Shown: positions 10,370-23,077, counted from the whole stretch's first letter. The stretch is 54,270 bases of DNA, filler included, from Basidioascus undulatus (GCA_000826855.1; 3 parts of 3 records of this genome joined end to end with filler, not necessarily neighbours in it), one strand, 5' to 3'. The notes: a model not told the origin generated them from the letters alone. Translations and numbers: made by a program.

Positions 10370-11957
10370 TCATGCTGCCTTCTGCTGCTGCGCCCTGAGC
10401 AGAGCGCTCCTGTTTGTGCGAGGGACGATGCTCGGCTGCCTCTGGTGCGCCGACTTCTTCGCGGCCGTCGACGACGTCGCAGTCGTTGCGGACCCTGCAC
10501 TGCTCGCGGGGCGGGGCGGGCTCATAACGGAGGGTGACCTGGAGACGGAGGCGGAAGTGTGGGTGGGGAGGTCAAGCCCGAGCCCGCTCATCTTCGCCGC
10601 GCGCAGCATCGACGAGCGGTTCTGCCGCGCGGCAACGACGGGCGGGGCAGTGCTCGGCACACTGATCGTCTCGCGCCGCTTGTGGCCGGGCACGCCCTCC
10701 CAGTTTGGCTCGGCACGCTCGCGACGGGGCGTGCTGCTGCTGTCCGTGCCCGCGCCGGGAGCGCCTCCTCCAGCGCGAAGCATGGACGCCCGAGACTGGC
10801 GCGGGGCGATACGCGGGGGCGCGGTAGAGGGCACGACGATCTGGAGCGAGAAGCGCTTGTGCCCTGGCGTCTGCGCGAACGGGTTTGGGGGCGTGTCGGG
10901 CGCGGCGGAGGAGGACGCGTCGGACGCGTCGGACGAGGTGGACCCTTGGCAACGGGAGGAGGGGGGCACGCGCGGAGGGGACACGGGTCCGCCTGCGCGG
11001 AGGGAAGACGCGCGCGTGGGCCGCACGGGCACGGTGGGCGCTGCAAGCGACTTGGGGAGAGGGACGACGCGCTTGGGTTGGGCAGGGGTCGCAGCGGGCG
11101 CGGGCGAGTGGGGGGGAGGCGCCGGGGGAGGGAGACCCATGCGCAGCGCGGCAGTGCGGGACAGCGCCGGGGTGATGCTCGCGCGCTTGTGCGATGCCGG
11201 GAGCGGGCGGGCGCGGAATGCACCAGGAGGCGGCGTGCGGCGGACGGGCGTCGCGCCGATGCTGGCGCTCTTGGTCGGAGCGGCGCGCGCAGAGGGAGTG
11301 CGCTCGAGGGTGTGAATGGCCATGATCGACGCAGCATCGTCGGCCCCGCCGACGTAGACGGGCTCAGGGGAGGCCGGCGTGGCAGGGGCGGCAGACTCGG
11401 AGGTGTGTAAGTCGAGGTTAGGGAACAGGAGATCGACTTGGTAGGAGGCGACTTCGGGCGTCTCGGAGCCGTAGACGGCGTTCTCGGAGCGAGTCAAGCC
11501 ATACACGGCGCGTAGACTGCTCCTCCCGTCCCCAACCAGCCTATCAGCATCGTCACGCCTTTTTTAACAGTCAAAAAGTGGGACGCACGAGTGCCCATCG
11601 ACAGCCTTGGCAGCCTGGGGGTCCTCCTCGCCCATGAGCGCGGTCCAACGCTTGACAGCATCGTCCGTGGCCTCAAGAACCCACGCGTGCGCGTCGCCCA
11701 CGAGCCCATGCGCGCAGTCGTGCTTCCTGTCGGAGGAAAGGGCGCTACGCGCGAGGAGCGCGTCGACTGTGCGCGCGTCTAGGTGCATGGGGGCGGAGTG
11801 CACGATGGACAGGTCGGAGGAGAAGATGCGCATCTCGATAGATGTCTGATGCTCGAGCGCGTGAGGGCGGAGGAGGACGAGCGTGTGCCGCTGGAAGAGA
11901 CGACGAGGATCAGCGCAAAGATACGAACCAAGGCGAAGGTGCCCATACGGAGGTCAT
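10370..11957 (-). CDS. Nucleoside-diphosphate-kinase-like domain fused to a long Pro/Ser/Arg-rich repeat tail
   Basis: Model: MTS | intron | RHTLVLLRPHALEHQTSIEMRIFSSDLSIV...AVKRWTALMGEEDPQAAKAVDGHS | intron | LRAVYGLTRSENAVYGSETPEVASYQVDLLF. This follows the NDK pattern RT..IKPD...W..LMG..P..A....SLRA.YG....NAVHGSD. The final exon is the 378-aa ORF 10370-11506. Confidence 0.8.
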
Positions 11958-13340
11958 GTGGACGCGATTCCTGCAGCGAAGGGTGACAGATTGAAATCAA
12001 GAGGTCGTAAGCGTGATGAAAGCAAGCAAATAGGGGGATCGAAAGGGTCGGCTAGCGAGATTGGGAGAATTGGGGTGAGCGGAATGAACGGGGAGGAGGT
12101 CAAGAAGGATGGTCAAAGGAGGAGCGAACAACACGAGGGCGGCGCGATTGCACGGGGCGCCCGGACATCGCGTCGAGCTTGTCACGAAGTATGAAACGCT
12201 TGCGCATCAAGGGGCGGCCCTGAGCCCTGGATTCCCCTGACTTTCTGCGGAAGTTCCATGGCAGACCAACGGTACACCGAGTGCTTAATTACTTACAAGT
12301 GATTCTGAGAGCTTCCAGAAGTCTACGTTGTACCTATGGTGGGTTTTCTGCCAGAAGGTGAACAGGCTATGGGGTAGGTAGCATTGAGGAGCAGCCTGCT
12401 GACGGCAGCTGCGACTCATATGAGCAGAGGATCGAAAGGCAGCTCGGCATTATGCCCAAGACTCGTTCGATAGCCGTGGGGCAGTATTATGCTCTATATT
12501 CCATTGAAGAAGTCAGGTGTAGTTCAGCTGTTCTATTCTCGCCAAGAGTTGGGAGGGATTGGCCAAGCTGAGCGGAGCAATCCCGCTGGATGACTCGTTT
12601 GAGCGGAAAGGGTCTGGAGTTGAAAACTGGAGAGGGCAACAATGGTAGCACGTGCGACTTATCCATTCAAGTAGGGTGTCCCTCAACTTGAGTTCTTTTT
12701 TCTTCTTTCTTTCTCAGAACCGTTTTGCTGCTGTTTATACGCATCGCGTTCCAGGTTATACCTGTGCCAACCACCCATACGGTATGAGACCGGCATCTAC
12801 CTCGGTTACAGAGATGATCAGCTTGCCCGCGTCAGCGCCGATCCCTTGTACACACCTTGAGCTCGCATGGTCCGCCGCCACATCTTTGTCAACAGTGTAA
12901 CGCAGCTTAGGACGATCATGGACTCACGATGCTTGCGCCAGCAATATTCGCAACATAAAAGGCTGTAACTCGGCTGAACCTTCATGAAATGTGAGACTCA
13001 GTGATGGCGGCGCCCGCCGGCAGCCGGTCGGCTAATCCGCAACTGCCCCTGTGCCTTCCTTGCTCGTCCAAAAAATTGGACGAGATCGTCGATTCGGCCG
13101 GTGTGATCCGGGCGGCTGATCCAGGCCTGGTGCTGATGGATGACTTGATCGTCTTCGAATCCTTCCTTGCGAAGGCAGAAGACTCTCACTTGACTCTTCG
13201 TGCACGCTTGGTCTTCACCTCCTGACTCGACACTAACGCCCAGGGACGAAGCTAAAGGCAAGCACTCATACCACGCGACGCGCTCCCTGTTCGATCACAC
13301 GGACCCCATCTCCCTCTCACGCTCTCTTCACACGACCACC

Positions 13341-16218
13341 ATGACCTCCGCCTCATCCACGACCGACTCGGAAAAGGGCGTGAAGCTCGGGTCGAAGCCC
13401 GCCGCGCCCCCGCCGTACGAGGACGGCACTCGCGTTGACCTCCTCGATGCGCCTGCCGAGGCGGACGAGGTCTTCCAGGTTGCGCAGAATGAAGGCATGC
13501 CCGAGTACCGGACGATGACCTGGATGCACACTGGTGAGCTCTTGGTCTGCGTGGTGAGGCCGAGGGGAGGAGCGATGGAGCTGAGTGAGCGGGGTGTGGC
13601 GCAACAGCGGTTTTGTGTACGAAGACGCAGGTGCGCAGGCTATATGATCTTGAGCTGTGAGAGGTCCCATCGCTAAGTTTGGGGATACAATGCCTCAGTT
13701 CGGGTTGGGCGTCCTCTCTATCCCCTCCGCGCTGCACACTCTCGGCGCAGTCCCGGGCATCATTATCCTCCTCGTCCTCGCAGCCATGACGACCTGTGCG
13801 TCCCCCTCTTCCGTTCACACGATCACCCCACGCCACTTTCTTACACACCTTGCGTTACCTTTGGCAAGATGGCAACCACGTCCTGCACCAGTTCCGCATG
13901 CGGCACCGCTCAGTGCACAATGTCGCCGATGTGGGGTTCGTGATTGCAGGACCGCTGGGCAGAGAGTTCTTGGGATTCTTGTGCGTCTTCGTTCGTACTC
14001 TCGTCGCACCGTCCATATCTAACGTATACTCGCTTCACAGTTACTATGTCTTCATGGTCCGCACCCCTTCAAGTCTGCATTATGGGGCAACTGATGCTGA
14101 CACCAGATCTCGCACGCCTAAGGTTTTCGTTGCCGGCTCGGCGATGCTGTCGTTGTCTATCGCCCTGAACGTCATCTCTGAGCACGGGACTTGCACGATC
14201 GTGTCAGTACTCGACTCGAAGTGTTTTTTGAAACCTACGCCCCACTCATAATGATTATACCTTTCCTTGTGCCGGTCGACAGCTTCGTCGCCGTTGCCGC
14301 CATCGCCACCGTCCTCGTTGCGAGCTTCCGGACCTTCGAGCGCATCTCATGGCTTGGTGCGTACCAAATGCGCAAAGTGTATCACCAGTTTATGTTCTGA
14401 CCCCGCTCTCCGTGGTGCAGGATGGGTGGGCGTGCCAGCCATTGTGTCGGTCCTCTCAATTCCTCCAACCCCTCCTCCTGCTGAACACCGACATTTTACA
14501 GCATCGCCGTCATGATTGTGACGATCGCAGTTGGCGTGACCGACCGGGCGGCGGCGGCGCCGCCGACTGGGCCGTTCGACAAGCAAGTTCGTACGTGATC
14601 GCACCTATTCGCACGTGCACAGGTGTTTAATGCTGACGGTGCTACCTCGTGCTGCAGGCGCTTTCAACAACCCCTCGTTCGCTGAGGCTTTCTTGGCTAT
14701 CGTGAACTTGTAAGGAATCATTCGAAGCCGAAAACTCGGACCAGAAATGGGGTTGCAACTGACTGATGGTGACTGTTCCACAGGCTGTTCGCTTACGCTG
14801 GCACTGTGCGTTGCTAAATTATCGTCTCTGCCGCTGCTATTGACGCTGGCATACCTCTTTTCCTACAGCCTGTACGGTTACTATGCACTCTGATACCATA
14901 TGACCTTAAAATTATCTAACTATGCAATACCTCCGCATACGCAGGCATTCTTCTCCAGTGAGTCCAGCTAACGTTCCTTTTGCCTGCTTTCCCTTCCGTC
15001 GAAGACTGACGCATGCTCGTCTCATATCGTCCAGTCATCGCCGAGATGCGTCAGCCCGAAGAGTTTACGAAGTCGATGATCTTCTGCCAAAGCTTCGTCA
15101 CCATCTTCTACATCGCCGTGGGTATCGTCGTGTACTAGTGCGTATAGCCCCGAGTTTCCTCGCTCTGTGAAGGACTCGAGAACTGACATGAAGAGGACTC
15201 TGGCCAACTCAGCTACTGTGGGCAGTACGTTGCGTCGCCGGCGCTGGGATCCGCAGGCTTGTTGATCAAGAAGGTACACTGCTCTGCACGACACAGCCGA
15301 TCCATTTGCCGCCGTACTTACATGTTGCTTAAACGCAGATCGCGTACGGCATTGCGATTCCCGGCTTGCTGGCTACGTCTGTGATCATCACCCACGTAAG
15401 GCTGTTCCATCTATCCTCTTCCGCTCGCATGCAGCCCTCCCGGACGATGCTCAAACGAGCTTGCGCCCGTTTACAGGTCGCCGCCAAGTACATCTTTGTC
15501 CGCACAATGCGGAACACGCGCCACCTGCAAAACAACACGCCGATCCACTGGATCGCGTGGCTGTGCGTTTCGTTTCCTCCTTGCGCCCTATTCTCTCTGG
15601 CTGACGTTTCTATGTCCGTCACAGCACGAGCGTGATCGGCTGCGCGGTCCTCTCGTTCATTATTGCATGCGTCGTACCGTTCTTTGGAAGGTTCGTTTCG
15701 CGACTCCTGGTTGATGCCTGTTGCCTTTTGCTCCAAGCTGACCTCAGTTGTCGTGAAGCTTGCTGGGGCTCATCGGCGCTGTCTTCGCCTCCGTATTCTG
15801 CATTGGCTTGTTGGGAGTACGTTATCTCAACTGCCCCTACTCAGCATGGCTCACATACTCATGAATCGCAGGTCATGTGGATCTTCGACAACCACCACAA
15901 GCTGGCCGGAGGCGGGCCCACCACTCTTTCCTACAAGCTGCTCTACTGCGCCAACATCGCGATGATTCTGATAGGAGGGCTGGTCATGGGTGCGTTCCTT
16001 ATGGGTCTCATTTCTGCTTTGCAGCGTTAACATAGTTTGCACTGGGGCATGACAGGTGCCGGCGCGTATGCAGCAGGCATCTCCATCCGCGACCAGTGCG
16101 TTCGGTCTCAGTTTCATGCTATACCCCTCCTTCCCCGGTTCGAGCCTCACCGCCATCTCTTTCCAGGTTCAATGCTGGTCAAGTCGGGTCTCCTTTCAGC
16201 TGCGCAGACAATTCTTGA
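13341..16218 (+). CDS. AAAP / Aa_trans family amino-acid permease (fungal Mtr-like), many short exons
   Basis: YRTMTWMHTAVLCTKTQFGLGVLSIPSALHTLGAVPG, FRMRHRSVHNVADVG, SIALNVISEHGTCT, FAYAGTPAFFSIIAEMRQP, GQYVASPALGSAG, KIAYGIAIPG, AAKYIFVR. The C-terminus GSPFSCADNS* is typical of this clade. Confidence 0.93.
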
Positions 16219-17039
16219 GATTGTGTGGACGGACACCAAGCATGTTGTAGATGTAGCGGTTGGACAACACATATGTAATAGAGGTGATAGGATAGGATTG
16301 ACATTTAAACATCTCGGAAACATTTTGTTCAGCAATGCAGTGCACAAGCGGTTTAAGAAAAGTACAGATCAAGGCTTGCTGACGGTCGCTCTTCAAAAAC
16401 TTGTGCATGGAGTACAGTAATTTTATTCGCCGCCTCAGGCAGCCAACAGGGTCTAGAAACTTCTGTACAAGCTACTCAGTTCTTGATGTTGGACCAGGAG
16501 GGAGAATGTGTAAGGCTTGACAACTGGGCTGCATGAGCCGCGAGGCAGTGACGTCCGGGATGAGCATACGGCACAACCTGTGCCCCGAGCTCCTTCTGTT
16601 TAGGCCCTGGCGTGCTGCCTTTTATATTGGTGGCCGTTGGCCGTGCGTACATCAAGCCTCAGCTGGCCCTGCCTGGCCCTGCTGCTGGCCTCGATCGATC
16701 GCCTCGCTGGCCGCTTCGGACTGCGTTCATGGACGGGCGTGTGCTGTGAGGCGCATGGGATGCAGAATTGGTGCTTGTTCGTCATGACGCTGGGAGAAGA
16801 ACAGAAAATAAATGAACTTTTCAAGAACTCCCGGACTGCGGTTCTGTTGAGTGGTTTACGGAGCTTTACAGTGCGAGAGGCACAATGCAATGGCAGTCTC
16901 TGCGTCAAAGTCCGGCTTTTGCACGCTCTTGAAACCCACTTGCGTCTTCATATGAGTCACTGAGTCAGAGAAATGCACTTGATTAAGTTACTCTTGCATG
17001 CTTTAACGGTGTGCGTGCAATTGAACTGCAACCGTGACA

Positions 17040-17900
17040 GCTTGCGGCTCACCTACTCACCTCTCAAAGCCTAACGGACCGCGGACTGCACGCGCCAAGC
17101 TGCAAATGCTGAGTCGACCTTCGGAGCTTTCATAGAGGGTCCTTGCAGATAACTTGTAACTCTTTCTCAACTTGTCTCAACTAACTTTGAGAAAGAGGGA
17201 GCCAAGGCAGTTCTCGTGGGATGTTTACGCCAGCACGGAGTCTGGCGTTACGTCGGACGAGACGTCCTTCAGCGTGACCATCCCTTCGGATCTTGGCTCT
17301 AATGCGTTCCCTGTTCTTCCATTATCTGTCATCCGGAGCTCTATTGAATGCTTGATTTTTCAGGTGCTCCAAGGGTGGCGCTTGCGTTCTGCAATGGGTG
17401 CTTTCCTCTTGTTCGTCTGCGGATCCTGAGCGCACTGTAACGATCCAACAATTCCCCATGTCAGTACTGATACGCTGAGTCTATCTAGTAAGTGTATGCA
17501 GCATAGCTGGTCAAACATTCCGCTCATTTAATCAATGATCCCTCAGCCAGAACGAGTCCTGCGTCGACTTCACTGTCGGTGGTTCGGGCGGTGGCTCGGT
17601 CGGCTCCGTAAACATCACATATTTATCACTTAACGACGGCATCCATTCTGATCACGTTGAAACTGTGCCAGGCGTCGTATTCGGCCGCTGGCTCCTCCAC
17701 GCCTGCTGGAGGCACTTCGACTAGCGCTGCGGCCGAGTCCGCTTCTTCGGTGAGCACACCATTTTAATTTGATAGCAAGCACATTCCCCTGACTATACGT
17801 TTCGATTGAAAGGCCCCCGCTACGTCTTCCGAGGCCGCCTCCTCCACCACCGGTTGCAGCCACCGCCACCGTTGCGGCCGGCAAGCGCCGTCTGTACTGA
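17040..17900 (+). pseudogene. Remnant of an AA16-like lytic polysaccharide monooxygenase with Ser/Ala-rich tail
   Basis: Fragments SWDVYASTESGVTSDETSFSVTIPSDLGS | CSKGGACVLQW | ESCVDFTVGGSGGGS match, from recall, the C-terminal half of fungal AA16 proteins. No intact signal peptide or N-terminal His exon found upstream. Confidence 0.55.
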
Positions 17901-18036
17901 GCGATGGTCATGTTTCCGCCATTTCCTTAGATACATTCTACCAGAGGGGAGAACTTCAAAGCCCAGCTTCACATCTTACCCTTCAACCCCCACCCCCCCT
18001 TACTCCCGCTTGTTACGGCCCAGGCGGTCCCTCATC

Positions 18037-18136
18037 NNNNNNNNNNNNNNNNNNNNNNNNNNNNNNNNNNNNNNNNNNNNTTAATTAATTAANNNNNNNN
18101 NNNNNNNNNNNNNNNNNNNNNNNNNNNNNNNNNNNN
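18037..18136. other. Artificial contig spacer / assembly gap
   Basis: 44 N + TTAATTAATTAA (stops in all six frames) + 44 N. Confidence 0.99.
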
Positions 18137-18657
18137 CTGCGCACCCGCACCAGCACCAGTACCTGCACGTCCGCCGCCCCCTGCTAGGCCTCCAGCAGGC
18201 AAGCGCCCCCAGCCGCGGATCACGCAGCCCCCGCCACCGCCCTCGGAGGAGGACGACGGCGGGATGAGCTACGAGAGCGGGTCGGACGGGTCGTCAGGCT
18301 CGGAGGAGGAGGAAGAGGACTTGGACGACTTCGCTGCTGCGCTCGAGGGCGAGCTGGGCGGTCCGGAGCAGCCACAGCAACCTTTAAGACCGCCGGCCCA
18401 GCCGTCGCCGGCGAAACCCAGCAGCAGTGGACGCCAGCCGCCGCCGTTGTCCGTCAAGATCCCTCCGCCCCCGCCGCGCCCGCCGACGGGCAAGCCGAAG
18501 CCGATGAGTCTGAATCAGTTCCTTGGTGTGTTTTTCCTCATTCCTATTTAATATCGTTTACATGTCGGTGCTGATGGTGTTTGGGGCGCTGCCAGGCGAC
18601 GATGGGCCGGACAGGGACGACGATCTCGTATCCTCCTCGGACGACGACGACGATTAG
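18137..18657 (+). CDS. 3' fragment of a Pro-rich/acidic protein (weak resemblance to fungal EAF transcription-elongation factor C-termini)
   Basis: Frame is open from the contig start: PPPPSEEDDGGMSYESGSDGSSGSEEEEEDLDDFAAALEGEL...KPMSLNQFL | intron | DDGPDRDDDLVSSSDDDDD* (TAG 18655-18657). The family assignment is tentative. Confidence 0.6.
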
Positions 18658-18954
18658 CCTCGCGAGCTCGCCTGTATACCTTGTAGACATGGCTTCTGCG
18701 CATTCTATTCTCTCCGATTTATTGCACTTGAACTCTTTGTCTGCTGTTCTTTGAGGCCCTCTTGTCGAAAATCGCCAAACAATACCCCCCGCGCTTGCCC
18801 AACCCGGTAACCGAATGGCGTACTCGGCTTGACGCCGAGAGCGGCATCCCGCCCGCCCACTTGCCCGCCTTCTCTGCTCGCTTGCGTCTCCTTATCGTAC
18901 TCATCTTGCTCCGCTTCCCTTTTTACCTCTTGACTCGACCGCGCTCAAACTCGG

Positions 18955-21581
18955 ATGCACACCATCCGCACCTGCATTGCACGCTCATCACGCTCGTTCT
19001 TGCGGCTTACCAACACCAACACCCACTTTCATAGAAGCATGTCCTCCTCTACCCCCAACGGAGTGCCTGCGGAGAAGGCCAGGAAGCTCGTTACGAGCTC
19101 GCGCATTGCAGGGGAGCTGAGCAGGGCGGCCGACGTGTGGAGCGTAAGCAGCTGGTCCTCGGCTATCTCGAGCGGTGCGAGGCTATGAGGCTGATCGAGG
19201 GAGTTGGGCGGGAGGGCAGTTGTTCGGGCCTGCGTGAGTTCGGGATGGACCACGAGGAACGAGGAGCGGAGGCTGATGGCTATGGGGTTCGGGGACAGTG
19301 CGATGCCGAAGGACAGCATCAGTTTGGGACAGTGAGTCTTCGCGCCGAGAGGGTAGGTGCGGTGGGATGCTGACGGGCGATGGTCGGTCACTCAAGGGGC
19401 TTTATGTCCTGGCAGCCGCCCGCGTACATCCGCAAAGCGCTCGAAGAGGCCGTCGAAACTCGCGTAGACGTGTATGCCTCCTTCCGCTTCCCCGTGCCCC
19501 CTCTTCTCCCCTCACACACACTCGTTCCTCCCCCAACTCGCCCACCCTACCCAGGCATCACTACTCACACGCCAAAGGCCGCCCGCGCCTGCGCGCCGCG
19601 ATCGCGCAGCACTACTCACGCGAGTTCCCGAACCTCGTCGAGGAGGGGCGTGAGCTCGATCCCGAGACGGAGGTGGTTGTCACTGCGGGCGCGAACGAGG
19701 GGATCTATGCTGCGCTTGCGGCGTTCTTGGAGCCCGGGGAGCAGCAGGAGGTTATTCTGTTTGAGCCGGCTTTCGACCAGGTGCGCTTTGGTGGTAGGGA
19801 AGAGGAAGGGAGGGAAGGCTAAAGTATCGGGAGGGAGGTAGTACTCGAGCAGTATCACTTTCAACGGTAGGCTTGGAGTCGGCGATGAAGTGAAGGAATG
19901 GGCATAGTGACTGAGTGGGTGGGCGAAACAGGCGGAAAGGAGGTCTTCGTTCCCATCCGCTTCCATGGCGACCCCGACAAGATCTCCACCGGCAACGACT
20001 GGAAGATCGACATCGAGGAGTTCAAGTTAGTCTTGCTCTTCCTCCTCTCACCCCACCACCGCCTCTCCCTCCCCTAGTCCTTGCTGACCCTTCCTCATGT
20101 AGGACGGCCATCACCCCCAAGACGCGCGCCATCATCCTGAACACGCCCCACAACGTTGCGTCTAACCCTGCCCCCTACGCGCCCGCATCACGTGCTGAGA
20201 AGGGGTGGGAACGCAACACAGCCGATCGGAAAGGTCTTCACAAAAGAGGAGCTCCTTGAGATTGGGAAGGTCGCGGAGGAGCACGACCTGCTGATCATCG
20301 CTGACGAAGTCTGTACGTCGTCGCCCTTAACCCCCTTCTTTCGAAGAGGCTGACTTGAGGACTGCGATGGGGTACGGAGGAACAGACGACTGCCTGACGT
20401 TCGACGGCGTCGACCACGTCCGCATCGCGGGGCTGCCTGGGTTCTGGGAGCGCACCCTGACCGGTACGCTGCGTGGCTGGGCTTCGGCGGGAGCAAGAAG
20501 TTCGTGTGTGACTGAGGCTTCGGGGCGGGGTGGGGACGGACAGTTGGCTCGGCGGGCAAGAGCTTTGCTGCGACGGGCTGGCGCGTCGGTTGGGTGCTGG
20601 GTCACGCGCCGGTGCGTGGCTCTGGTGCTCATGTCTCCAAAGCCAGAACCAATTGAACTGATCGGAGTATGGGATCGCGACAGCTCATCCGCGCCGTCCT
20701 CGCCGCGTCTACGCGCGTCGTCTTCTGTGTCAACTCGCCCACGCAAGAGGCAGCTGCGATCGGACTCGGTGGGTCCCTCCTTCCCCATCCCTTTTCTCCC
20801 AAACAGCGTGTTGATCATGCGAGGGGATGCGCCTGCAGAGCTCGCGGCGCAGGAGAAGTTCTTCGAGACCCAGCGGAAGGAGTACGAGCGTCGCCGGGCC
20901 GCGCTTTTGAAGCACATCGAGTGCGTCCTCCCCTCTCCTCCCGCTCACCTTCCCTCCCACTGCCTCCTCACGCCTTGTGTCCCACAGCGCCCTCGGCCTG
21001 CCCTACACCCTCCCCCAGGGATCGTACTTCGTCCTGATCGGTGCGCATGCGCCTGTCGAATGAAGAAGAGGAGAGAAATGGACTGAGTGAGGTTTGGGGT
21101 TCGCCGGACGGACAGACATCTCGCGCTTGAAGATCCCCGGCCCGGACGAGTACGACTACCCCGAGAGTATCAAGTCCCGCCCGCGCGACTTCCACGCCGC
21201 GTGGTGGCTTGCGCATGAGATTGGCAGTAAGTCTTTCCCTTTTCTCTTCCGTTCTCCTGCCGCTGTCCTAGTGCATGCTTATCCTCTGCTCTCCCGGCAG
21301 TCGTCGCTATCCCGCCGTCGGAGGTACGTGTCTTTACTCCTGCCAAGGTGACGAAGTCCACTGACGCGTCTGGAGGTTATGCAGTTCTACTCCGAGCCTC
21401 ACGCCAAGCTCGGCGAACGCTTCTTGCGTCTCGCGTTTTGCAAGGAGGTGGACGTGAGTGCAGCTTCCACGCGCGAGAGTCCACGTGCGTAGGCAGAACT
21501 GACAGGTGGTCGTTCCGCCAGGTCCTCGAGGCCGCCGGCGAGCGCCTGCAGAAGCTCAAGCCTTACATTGCGCCTGCTTGA
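18955..21581 (+). CDS. Kynurenine/glutamine aminotransferase (class I/II PLP enzyme, Bna3-like)
   Basis: DVWS, ISLGQGFMSWQPP, HYSHAKGRPRLR, VTAGANEGIY, FEPAFDQY, ILNTPHNPIGKVF, IIADEVY, VGSAGKSFAATGWRVGW (PLP Lys), PQGSYFVL, AIPPSEFY, FLRLAFCK. TGA at 21579-21581. Confidence 0.93.
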
Positions 21582-22384
21582 ACGTTCGGCTCCGGTTGGA
21601 AGGAACAGAAGAGGGAGGGCGAAGAAGGGAAAAGGAAGCTGTGGAGGGGGGCGGGGTGGAGGTGAAGGACTTGCAAGTAGGACGGGCAGAGCATGGTGAT
21701 TTAGAGTACATCTGATAATCAAGAGGGTCGTTGCGACGATGAATTGAGCGGAGCTGGTATAGACCGTCCCTCTTTCGCCGGTCTGGACCGCCTGACACTC
21801 TGCAAGCTTGCATACCACATGCGCCAAGTTAAGGTCCGTATTGGCTCAGCTCGAACAAGCGAGATTTTATGCCCATGGCGAGCTGCCAGTCGGTGCCTGG
21901 CTCCATCTCTGCACTGTGATGCTTCCTGCTGATAACATTCGACTGCATCTGAATGGACAGTAGGTTTTTTTTCACAAAATGCGGCAGATACCATGAAAAA
22001 CTGGCTAATTGTTGGGCCGAAGAACACTGCGAGCGGCTTGTAAACCGGAGGCAAGCCAGCGTGGCCTCCCAGGCACAAAGCGGCAAGTGCCGCATGTAGA
22101 CTACTTGTCTGTACTGCGCAAAAGCATACAAAAAGTTGGGGAGGGAGAGGAAAAGGTACGCACAGGCGGCCAGGTCTACTAGCATCGTCACGCGTCCGCC
22201 ATGCGTCCGCCATCCCCCACTCCCCTCCCACATCCCCCACCCTCGTACGTCACACGACATACCAATCCGGAGGCCGTTAATATTACTGAGGGGTCACGTC
22301 CACGGGTATAAGACGCAGCCCACCTCTCTCACACCACTCCCCAGCTTCCAAAGTCTTGCGTCCGACAGCTTCCAGCGTAGCAAC

Positions 22385-23077
22385 ATAAAGTTCACTTTCG
22401 CTGTCGGCACCCCTGCGCTCCTTCCCCCGCTTGCCTTCGCTTCGCCCGTCGGTGCAAGGCTCACCTCGAGTGGGTCGATGTTTCCCGCGGCTGTGCCCGA
22501 CTGACACCCTTGCTTTACAGGAAGCGGCTCTGGATCCGAAATTACGAACCCGACCGAGGGTTCTGTCTGGTACGATTTACTTTGGGTTGGTCCTTATCGT
22601 TATGCTTTTCTGAGGGGTCGTGAAGACTTTGTCTGCAGGATCAAGTACAGTGACCCGGCGCATGTCGAGTGGGGTCCGTTCACTTTTTTTTTCCAGCTGT
22701 ATTCAGTAGCCCAGTTTTCTGATCATTCTTCTCGGATATTTGCTTGTTCCCTTCCATTGCCTACAGGAGCACCGAAGGCATCCCCGAGGGCTACAAGGAC
22801 TAGCCGGCGCACATCCGTCTGAGCTACATCGGCAACCCGGCCGACGACAGCCTGCACCTCTTCAGTGCGCAATCTCCCCCTGCTACAGGTTGGTGATGCT
22901 CACTCATAAAGCCTGCAAGCCGACAACATCAACACTCGCAACGCCACCCTCGGCTCGGGCAAGGCACTCGTGGACGTCGACCCCAACTGGGAGATCCGCG
23001 GCGACTACGTCGTCATCCTTCACGACTCGGGCCACGTTTCGCCCAAGTTCATTATCACCACTCACGGCCACATCTGA
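22385..23077 (+). pseudogene. Decayed small secreted protein with Kre9/KNH-like Ig-fold domain
   Basis: TATAAG at about 22306. Signal-peptide-like (ATA)KFTFAVGTPALLPPLAFASPVGAR has ATA in place of ATG. Then PKITNPTEGSVW and GDYVVILHDSGHVSPKFII, with an in-frame TAG at 22801-22803. Confidence 0.6.

Noticed and set aside
10251..11410. Long plus-strand ORFs (354 aa, 283 aa)
   Set aside because: Antisense shadows of the GC-rich minus-strand exon, with no recognisable motifs.
18081..18092. TTAATTAATTAA palindrome (also 36215-36226) as a biological site
   Set aside because: It is centred in N runs and is a synthetic six-frame stop linker.
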